Below, one piece after another: positions 25,307-32,000 of a DNA stretch of 32,000 nucleotides. Each line of letters starts with the position of its first letter. Position 1 is the stretch's first letter. A model generated the notes under the pieces. That model was given only the letters and a program-made list of their open reading frames with translations, made no database searches and was not told the DNA's origin. The stretch covers positions 2,040,001 through 2,072,000 of the forward strand of contig NZ_CP011304.1 of assembly GCF_000981785.2 (NCBI RefSeq), written 5' to 3'. A program made the position numbers and the translations under genes. The stretch is from Microcystis aeruginosa NIES-2549 (lineage in GTDB: Bacteria > Cyanobacteriota > Cyanobacteriia > Cyanobacteriales > Microcystaceae).

Positions 25307-25570
25307 TTAATTATGATTAAATTCTGCCTCTAATTCCGCTAATTGTGTTAATAAATTTAAGGTTTCTTGCGCCTCATCTTCATCGATTCGATTCATGGCA
25401 AAACCCACATGAACTAATACCCAATCCCCTACACAAGTATTAGCGGGATGGTCTTCATCAACAATACAAGCGATATTTACTTCTCTTTTTACACCCCCCA
25501 CATCGACGAGAGCGAGATGATGGTTTTCATCAATAATTGCCGTAATTTGTCCCGGTATGCCTAAACACAT
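25307..25570 (-). CDS. hypC: [NiFe]-hydrogenase maturation chaperone HypC
   Basis: 87 aa with the N-terminal MCLGIPGQI signature (essential Cys2) and an OB-fold-like remainder. Confidence 0.9.
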   Translation of the reverse strand: MCLGIPGQITAIIDENHHLALVDVGGVKREVNIACIVDEDHPANTCVGDWVLVHVGFAMNRIDEDEAQETLNLLTQLAELEAEFNHN

Positions 25571-25990
25571 AGTTTTTACCTTAAATCTAGTTTTTGTTAA
25601 TTATGCGCCGATTTTTTGGCTAGATATTGCAGTAATATCAACTGACAGCCCTTCTCATAAAGATGAAGTATAACCTAATTTGGTATTGACGACCGACGAC
25701 CGGCTCCCGAAAAGGAAAACCTAGTCAAAGGTTATCCTTTTTACTTGCTCTTACCTGCCATTCTGGACTATTGCCCTCAAGAACAGCTTTTTTTCTCGTA
25801 TCTTTTTTAAGATTTCCCCTGTCCCAGACTCTGGACATTATCCCGGCAAGGGTAAAACTTTTGTATTAGGGACTAGATCTTGCGGGAGAAATCGGGGGAT
25901 TTCACTGATTAGCTTCTGAAGGCAAGCGGCACTCATGCAAGAGGCAAAAGGCAGCAGTCAGTATTCAGGAGCCAGCTTTTATTTATTCTC

Positions 25991-26011
25991 CCCACTTCCC
26001 ACTTCCCACTT
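25991..26011. repeat. Heptamer tandem repeat, 3 x CCCACTT
   Basis: CCCACTTCCCACTTCCCACTT lies 16 nt downstream of the ABC ATPase stop (minus-strand gene). Confidence 0.8.
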
Positions 26012-26026
26012 CTGTCAATTGGCAGT

Positions 26027-26806
26027 TTACTGAATCGGTCCGTCGATACTGCCGGTAAAAAATTGCTTGAGTACGGGGATTTCGGAGTGATAAGCCTCTT
26101 GAGTCGGTCCAACCCATTGAAATTGACCTTTATAGAGAAAAACGATGCGATCGGTGGTATTTTCGATGGTGCTGTGGACGTGGGTGACGATGAGATGGGC
26201 CCCACAGGCTTTTTTTAGCTTGAGAAGTTCCATAATTACCGTCTGGATGCGGGTAGAAGCGACGGGATCGAGTCCGGCAGTGGGTTCATCGTACAGGAGA
26301 ATGTTCGGTCGATCGGCGGCGATCGAGGGATCGCTGATAATTGCTCTGGCTAAACTGACGCGTTTTCGCATCCCTCCGGATATTTCAGAGGGATAGAGGT
26401 CGTAGGAACCAGACATTCCCACTAAATCGAGTTTTTCTTCCACTAAATCCCGGATTTCGGCTCGTTTTAGCTTTGAGTGGCGATAGAGAGCAAAACCGAC
26501 ATTTTCCCCGACGGTGAGGGAGTCAAAAAGGGCCGATTGTTGGAAAACTAGACCAACACCGAGGGGATCTTCCCCCTGTTCTACGGTTCTCTGGCGTTTT
26601 GTGCCGTAGATGTACACTTCTCCCCGATCGGGGGCCAGTAATCCGGCGACTAAGCGCAAAATCGTCGATTTTCCCGTACCAGACGGACCGATCACGCCGA
26701 TCGCTTCCCCTTCGTACACTTTCAGATCGACGTTATTTAAGATTACTTTCTTGCCGAAAGCTTTGGTTACTCCCCTTAATTCGACGATCGGTTCGCGCAT
26801 CACCAT
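26027..26806 (-). CDS. ABC transporter ATP-binding protein, MlaF/TGD3-like (lipid-trafficking type)
   Basis: It has Walker A GPSGTGKST, the ABC signature ISGGMRKRVSLA and Walker B LLYDEPTAGLD. The N-terminus IVELRGVTKAFGKKVIL is typical of MlaF-type ATPases. Confidence 0.85.
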   Translation of the reverse strand: MVMREPIVELRGVTKAFGKKVILNNVDLKVYEGEAIGVIGPSGTGKSTILRLVAGLLAPDRGEVYIYGTKRQRTVEQGEDPLGVGLVFQQSALFDSLTVGENVGFALYRHSKLKRAEIRDLVEEKLDLVGMSGSYDLYPSEISGGMRKRVSLARAIISDPSIAADRPNILLYDEPTAGLDPVASTRIQTVIMELLKLKKACGAHLIVTHVHSTIENTTDRIVFLYKGQFQWVGPTQEAYHSEIPVLKQFFTGSIDGPIQ

Positions 26807-26833
26807 CTAGAATATCTTTACAAAAATCCCCTT

Positions 26834-27505
26834 TTATTGTAGGGCAATGACCCGATCTTTCTTTTTTTTCTTTTCTGGTTTTATGGTTCGCGATTCTATC
26901 TGCATTTCGGGAATCTCTCGCAATTCTTCGGCATCTAAACGATATTGTTCGCAGACAAGACTGAGACGAATACCGGAACAGCTAACGGGATTAACTGAAT
27001 GGGTGAGATCTCCTTGAAATAAGATCAGGGTGTTAGCACAAGGACGAATCTGGGCCACGGAACGATTGCCTGTTGCTAGTACCAGTTCCCCCCCTTGAAT
27101 ATCTTTAGGAACCTGCACATAAAGGACGCTAACTAGAAGCGGAGGATCGATTGTTTTACAATAGGAGCGCAGGGAGCGATCGATATGGGGATCGACGCGT
27201 GAACCGGTTTGTAGGAGTAAGGGATTAAGATAAAAAGCGTTGCAGTCAGCTTGTAAACTGCGATCAAGATAGGGTTTAAAATAGGGAAACATTCGTGCAA
27301 CTTCGCTGATTTGTGTGCGTCGAAAAGCGATAGAAAAGCCTTTGGTTTTAACGAAATCTCGATTTAAATTGTTAACTGTGAAGTGGGGACAAGCGAGAAT
27401 CTGTCCTTGTAGTTCGCTCAGATAACTGGGAGTAAAAGCGTCGGGATATTGGGAATAGTAAGGCACGGATAGAATCGCAACGGTATGGCAATCTTTAGGA
27501 TACAT
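26834..27505 (-). CDS. 2OG-Fe(II) oxygenase superfamily protein
   Basis: It has the HxD motif in DPHIDRS, a distal His in GDLTHSV and Arg-x-Ser in IRLSLV. The Lys-rich C-terminus (KPEKKKKKDR) is encoded by a homopolymer-rich tract. Confidence 0.65.
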   Translation of the reverse strand: MYPKDCHTVAILSVPYYSQYPDAFTPSYLSELQGQILACPHFTVNNLNRDFVKTKGFSIAFRRTQISEVARMFPYFKPYLDRSLQADCNAFYLNPLLLQTGSRVDPHIDRSLRSYCKTIDPPLLVSVLYVQVPKDIQGGELVLATGNRSVAQIRPCANTLILFQGDLTHSVNPVSCSGIRLSLVCEQYRLDAEELREIPEMQIESRTIKPEKKKKKDRVIALQ

Positions 27506-27574
27506 TTTTAGTCAAACACAAAATCAGAGTTTTTGCCGCTCCCGAATACAGGTTTATTCAGAATCAGCTTTTGT

Positions 27575-27600
27575 GACTTATAGTCCGTAGATTAATAGTC
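27575..27600 (+). promoter_or_regulatory. C-box operator pair for the RM controller protein
   Basis: GACTTATAGTC-cgta-GATTAATAGTC lies 58-83 nt upstream of the C gene start. It matches the GACT-N3-AGTC tandem palindrome architecture of C.PvuII-type C-boxes. Confidence 0.7.
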
Positions 27601-27657
27601 ATCATAGAAGGAAAATGGACTGTAGAGAATTTCAATATCTTCTTTGGTAGTTTATAT

Positions 27658-27903
27658 ATGGCAGGAAAGCTAGTCACTGCTGTTGCTGTGACTGTAAGAA
27701 AATTGCGGAAGAAACGTAATCTGAGTCAAGAAGCTTTAGGGTATAGAGCTAATCTTGACAGAACCTACATATCTGGAGTTGAAAGGGGAGTAAGAAACAT
27801 TACTTTGGACTCCTTAGAACAAATTATTTCAGCTCTGGACATGGATATTGTTACTTTTGTCAATACTGTTGCGGAAGAAATTAATGAGTTATATCATAAA
27901 TAA
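27658..27903 (+). CDS. Restriction-modification controller (C) protein, XRE-family HTH
   Basis: 81 aa. LRKKRNLSQEALGYRANLDRTYISGVERGVRNITLDSLEQIISAL is a classic C-protein HTH. It overlaps the start of the downstream endonuclease gene. Confidence 0.85.
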   Translation: MAGKLVTAVAVTVRKLRKKRNLSQEALGYRANLDRTYISGVERGVRNITLDSLEQIISALDMDIVTFVNTVAEEINELYHK

Positions 27904-28654
27904 ACATTCTGATACCAGCTTTTTCTCAAAACAGGGTCAGAAAATAACTATCGATAAAGTCATATTTGAGCATTCATTAGTTGAATGTCATTCTGTTGTT
28001 AAAAAAATAGTCCAAGATATACCCGTAGATATATTTAGAATTCTAGGTATAAGAAATCTTTCTGCATTTATTGGTGAGCTATTTGCCATAGAATTTGCCA
28101 ATAAATCCCAGGGATTATTTATCAACAATCCGCATCAAGACGGCTATCCAGATTTGCTGTTAATGGATAAGAATGGCAAAGTTTTTTTTGAACAACTTTC
28201 CCAAGAAAGACGAATGCGAGATAAGTCTCCATTTAGTCCATTTGCTAATGGGGGAGTAGAGGTTAAAGCCACTTGTGGCAGTGTTCCTACACCAAGAGAA
28301 TTAAAGAAGACTGGAAAAGAAAAACCCGATATGGGAGACACAAGAATCGAGGTAATGAAAAGCTATGATTGGAAGGCTCACCATAGAGAAACTAACAATC
28401 TTATTGGCATTCTCTGGGATTTTGAGAATACTATACCTCAAATAGTTGCTGTCTTTTTTGGCAACAACTTAACTGACAATGATTGGGGTAAAATTGTTCA
28501 GCCAAAAGAAGGCGGTGGAAGAACAACTAGCGTCTCAATTATGTCACGACAAGGCGTTAAGAAAATGTATAAAAACTGGATTATGATAAAGAATGACGAT
28601 AGATATATTAATTTTGTCAACAAATATAACAAAGACAATTTAATTTTAAAATAG
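27884..28654 (+). CDS. Type II restriction endonuclease (PD-(D/E)xK), specificity unknown
   Basis: A candidate catalytic motif is DGYPDLLL ... GGVEVKATCG. It lies downstream of and overlaps the C gene, and it is convergent with a C5 methyltransferase. The start was chosen at MSYIINKHS (27884); the ORF-track TTG start at 27848 is also possible. Confidence 0.65.
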   Translation: MSYIINKHSDTSFFSKQGQKITIDKVIFEHSLVECHSVVKKIVQDIPVDIFRILGIRNLSAFIGELFAIEFANKSQGLFINNPHQDGYPDLLLMDKNGKVFFEQLSQERRMRDKSPFSPFANGGVEVKATCGSVPTPRELKKTGKEKPDMGDTRIEVMKSYDWKAHHRETNNLIGILWDFENTIPQIVAVFFGNNLTDNDWGKIVQPKEGGGRTTSVSIMSRQGVKKMYKNWIMIKNDDRYINFVNKYNKDNLILK

Positions 28655-29986
28655 ACAGAGCTGCTCATATTTTTCCTTGATTTGCTCCTCAAGAGAACAA
28701 TCATCATTGAGGATGGATACTAAATGATCAAATATTTTTTGTAATCCAGCAGGTGGGATACTTTCGCCAATTAACTCTCTAATTAGTTTATCACTAACTC
28801 TTTTGTCATCTGCCCGTTTCCATGAAAATGGGTATTCGGTAATTGTGTGAAGAATCATTGCTTCATACAGAGATAATACTCTATTTTGAATAGGATGTAG
28901 TTTATTGTCACTACAAGCATAGGAGAGATTTCGTGTAATTGTACTGGCTGGTGCGTCCCAACTCATTCTTTTATAGGCACTGGTATAACCTTTCATCAAC
29001 CTGTATTTTCCATCTTCTTTAACCCATGGACGAGGAAGAATGTGTCCACATTTAAGGCAGTAAAGGGGGGTTTCTGTACTAGCTCGATTAATTCCTTCAT
29101 TATTTTTGCGTGCGCTGTGTGTTGGATTACCATTATATCTACAAACAGGGTTAATACATTGATTATCAAATGAACTTTTTTCTTCTGGTGTATTACTGAT
29201 CCAAAAATATTTTTCTTCATCTAATAGGGGTACATAGTGATATGGTATATCATCTGATTTAGCAGTTTCTGTTCGTTGAGAGTCAAGTGGTGGTAAATGA
29301 TATATTGCGTCTCGAACAGTTTTCCATCTGGGAAGTTCTAATCCTTCTTTACTATGAGTTGGTTTAGGAAAAAGAGAATTGTTCTTTTTTAAATAATTCT
29401 TCAGTTTCTCATTTTTAGTAAATATTGAAATAAGTCGTTGACGATTCTGCGGGACTCCATAATCAGCAAAATCTATAATGCTAATCGAACTTAAAAACTT
29501 ATCACCAATACGCTGTTTTATATAACATAAAATATTTACCAAATAATCATCTTTCTCGGGAAAGGGTATATAAGTATTTTGCATTTCTGGCACATTTTCC
29601 ATGACCAGTGTTTCTGCTCCACTAGCCAGAAAAACTTCTAGGGTGGGAATGATTAATAAATTTCTCTGGTCGATTTCATTTTTTGAGCCTTTACGAATAG
29701 AATTAAGCAGCTTACCTCTGCCATTTCTAGACATACCTTGGCAGGGAGGAGTCGCAAAAACAATGTCTAAATTTTGTCCAGAGAGTCGCTGCTTTGTTTC
29801 TGCGACTATCTCATTTTTTGTATCCCATATATCCCCAATAATCATTAATGATTCTGGGTGGTTAAATTTAAATACTTCTGCACGATCTTTCAATAATTCA
29901 TTCGCCACTACAACTTCAAATCCCCCAGAGCGAAGAGCCATATCTCCAATTCCACCACAGGCAAATAGACTGATTGCTTTCCTCAT
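28646..29986 (-). CDS. DNA (cytosine-5)-methyltransferase with a zinc-ribbon insertion in the variable region
   Basis: Motif I is LFACGGIGD, motif IV is TPPCQGMS, motif VI is MENVPEM, motif VIII is QNRQRL and motif X is GESIPP. A CxxC...CxxC insert (CINPVCRY...YCLKCGH) lies between VIII and IX. The start was chosen at MRKAISLF (29986), which has a GGAG RBS. Confidence 0.9.
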   Translation of the reverse strand: MRKAISLFACGGIGDMALRSGGFEVVVANELLKDRAEVFKFNHPESLMIIGDIWDTKNEIVAETKQRLSGQNLDIVFATPPCQGMSRNGRGKLLNSIRKGSKNEIDQRNLLIIPTLEVFLASGAETLVMENVPEMQNTYIPFPEKDDYLVNILCYIKQRIGDKFLSSISIIDFADYGVPQNRQRLISIFTKNEKLKNYLKKNNSLFPKPTHSKEGLELPRWKTVRDAIYHLPPLDSQRTETAKSDDIPYHYVPLLDEEKYFWISNTPEEKSSFDNQCINPVCRYNGNPTHSARKNNEGINRASTETPLYCLKCGHILPRPWVKEDGKYRLMKGYTSAYKRMSWDAPASTITRNLSYACSDNKLHPIQNRVLSLYEAMILHTITEYPFSWKRADDKRVSDKLIRELIGESIPPAGLQKIFDHLVSILNDDCSLEEQIKEKYEQLCLF

Positions 29987-30156
29987 CGATTTTCTTACTC
30001 CATGTAACTTATAGTCTATAATAATAATTGGCTGAAGGCAACTTTTAAAAATGAGTATCCCCAGCAAACCTGAAAGCGATCTTTCCTGTCAACCCAGTCG
30101 CGGTGACAACCCACCGTTTACAATAGTTAAGAACCAACGGCAAGCAAGAATTAACG

Positions 30157-32000
30157 ATGCGGATTTCGATCAACTGGTTACGAGAATTAGTCAAAATTGT
30201 CCAATCTCCCCAAGAATTAGCCGAATTATTGACAATTGCGGGAATAGAAGTGGAAGAGATCGAGGATCGCCGAGAATGGGCAAAGGGTGTGGTTATTGGT
30301 AAAATTATCGATCGCCAACCCCATCCCAACGCAGATAAATTAAGTGTCTGTCAGGTGGATATCGGTCAGGAAAACCCTAGTACAATTGTCTGTGGTGCGC
30401 CCAATGCTAGGGCTGATATTCTAGTTCCCGTGGCTACTTTGGGAACTCATTTACCAAAAATCAATTTAACGATTAAACCGGCTAAATTGCGGGGGGTAAA
30501 ATCGGAAGGGATGATCTGTTCCCTCGCAGAATTAGGATTAACTAAGGATTCTGAAGGAATCCACATTTTTAGTCAGGAAAATCTCCCTTTAGGTACAGAT
30601 GTTCGTCCCCTTTTAGGACTCGATGAGGTGATTTTAGATATTTCTCCCACCGCTAACCGTGCCGATGCTTTGAGTATGATCGGAGTTGCGCGAGAAGTGG
30701 CGGCTTTGACAGGAGGAGAATTAAGCCTACCAAAAGTGAAATTAGGGGAATTTTCCCCTAAAAAAGATTTAACGCTGGAAATATCAGAAAATACAGCCTG
30801 TCCTGCTTATATTGGTACGGTGATCGAGGGGGTAAAAATTGGCCCATCTCCGCTATGGTTGCAACAGCGTTTACAGGCAGCCGGACTGCGATCGATCAAT
30901 AATGTGGTCGATATTACTAATTATGTCCTCTTGGAGTGGGGACAACCTTTACACGCTTTCGATCGCGATCGTTTACAAAGTTTTGCCGGAGGTAAATCCG
31001 TTACTATTGGGGTCCGTTTTGCCGAGGAAGGGGAAAAAATTATTAGCCTTGATGGTCAGGAAAGAAGCTTAAAAGAGCTTAATTTGTTAATTACTGCCAA
31101 TAATAAGCCGGTAGCTTTAGCGGGGGTGATGGGAGGTCAAGATACGGAAGTTAACGAGGAAACCGTTAATCTTGTGCTAGAGTCGGCTTTATTCGATCCG
31201 ATCGCTATCCGTCGTTCCTCAAAAGCGCAGGGTTTACGCAGCGAATCTTCTGGACGCTATGAACGCGGTGTTAATCCCGCCGCTTTGGAATATGCTTGTC
31301 AAAGGGCGATCGATTTAATTCTAGAGTTAGCTGGGGGAACTGTCAGCAGTCAGGTTAAAGCTGATTATCGTGCCGATCAGTCCAGTCGTTTGATCGAATT
31401 GCGTTTAGAACGTTTGCAGCAGCTACTGGGTCAAGTTACCCTAGATAATGGTGCGATCGGTGAAATTCTCGCCGAAGATGTGGAACGGATTTTAGGCAAT
31501 TTAGGCTGTGAATTGCAGTTAACCTCGAAAAATCCTGTTCTGTGGACTGTGACAGTGCCAGACTACCGTTATCGGGATTTAGAACGAGAAATTGACTTAA
31601 TTGAAGAAGTGGCGCGACTGTACGGATATGATCGCTTTGTCGATACTTTGCCAGCAAAAACCGCAGCCGGAGGATTATCCTTTGAGGAAACTATACAGCG
31701 TCGGGTACGGGAAGCTTTTCGCGCAGTGGGTTTGACGGAATTAGTCCAGTATTCCCTAGTTAAACCGGAATTAGCGGAAGTTGTCCTCGCTAATCCCCTT
31801 TTTGTCGAGTATTCTGCTTTGCGGACTAATCTCCTCGACGGTTTAATCGAAGCGTTTGAGTATAATCAGTCTCAGGGTAACGGTTCCTTAAATGGCTTCG
31901 AGATCGGGCGAGTTTTCCGCTCAGAATCGGATAATATCAACGAATACGATGCGATTGCTGGCATTTTTGGCGGTGATTTCTTCCCGGCCGGACGTTGGCT
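30157..32000 (+). CDS. pheT: Phenylalanine--tRNA ligase beta subunit, N-terminal ~614 codons (runs off the window)
   Basis: Translation from ATG 30157 gives [70 protein letters not shown]...[19 protein letters not shown]. This is the canonical PheT N-terminus and tRNA-binding domain. The frame stays open to the window end. Confidence 0.9.
   Translation, partial: MRISINWLRELVKIVQSPQELAELLTIAGIEVEEIEDRREWAKGVVIGKIIDRQPHPNADKLSVCQVDIGQENPSTIVCGAPNARADILVPVATLGTHLPKINLTIKPAKLRGVKSEGMICSLAELGLTKDSEGIHIFSQENLPLGTDVRPLLGLDEVILDISPTANRADALSMIGVAREVAALTGGELSLPKVKLGEFSPKKDLTLEISENTACPAYIGTVIEGVKIGPSPLWLQQRLQAAGLRSINNVVDITNYVLLEWGQPLHAFDRDRLQSFAGGKSVTIGVRFAEEGEKIISLDGQERSLKELNLLITANNKPVALAGVMGGQDTEVNEETVNLVLESALFDPIAIRRSSKAQGLRSESSGRYERGVNPAALEYACQRAIDLILELAGGTVSSQVKADYRADQSSRLIELRLERLQQLLGQVTLDNGAIGEILAEDVERILGNLGCELQLTSKNPVLWTVTVPDYRYRDLEREIDLIEEVARLYGYDRFVDTLPAKTAAGGLSFEETIQRRVREAFRAVGLTELVQYSLVKPELAEVVLANPLFVEYSALRTNLLDGLIEAFEYNQSQGNGSLNGFEIGRVFRSESDNINEYDAIAGIFGGDFFPAGRW

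Noticed and set aside
25715-25745. Imperfect inverted repeat GGAAAACCTAGTCAAAGGTTATCC, considered as a terminator or operator between the ABC ATPase and hypC
   Set aside because: The stem has several mismatches and there is no T-run, so the support is too weak.
25933-26850. ORFs 25933-26205 (-), 26145-26396 (+), 26599-26850 (+) and 26610-26810 (+)
   Set aside because: All overlap the ABC ATPase CDS, which has Walker A, signature and Walker B motifs in the annotated frame.
30045-30329. ORFs 30045-30329 (-) and 30051-30302 (+)
   Set aside because: They overlap the 5' end of pheT and the M-pheT intergenic region. The pheT frame from 30157 is unambiguous.

Overview
Cyanobacterial chromosomal window, probably Microcystis-like. 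This is inferred from frequent HIP1 GCGATCGC octamers, an AT-rich background, the cyanobacteria-specific genes cp12 and ndhS, and a heavy load of mobile, TA and RM elements. Most genes are on the minus strand. Housekeeping or core genes: a partial response regulator, an S8 protease, egtD-egtB (ergothioneine) plus a VOC protein, cp12, ndhS, hypC-hypD, an MlaF/TGD3-like ABC ATPase, a 2OG-Fe(II) oxygenase, an HNH endonuclease and partial pheT. Accessory content: (i) a tnpB-only IS200/IS605-family element at 0.24-1.75 kb. (ii) A complete ~2.6 kb group II intron with an RT/maturase/HNH protein, ending 25 nt upstream of the cp12 start codon. (iii) A RelE-like TA pair. (iv) A REP/RAYT island at 13.9-16.2 kb containing hicBA, GTAG-headed REP hairpins and a four-unit ~118-bp tandem array. 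(v) A tight AT-rich four-gene minus-strand operon at 16.2-22.8 kb: membrane Hanks-type Ser/Thr kinase, 3-TM coiled-coil protein, soluble T4CP-like P-loop ATPase, then an acidic N-domain ORF joined in frame by a single TGA to an RHS/YD-repeat protein. This is the best candidate for an undescribed toxin-delivery or conflict system, though it shows signs of decay. (vi) A C-protein-controlled type II RM system at 27.5-30.0 kb with canonical C-boxes. No tRNA, rRNA or CRISPR was seen. All family assignments come from motif reading by eye; no searches were run.
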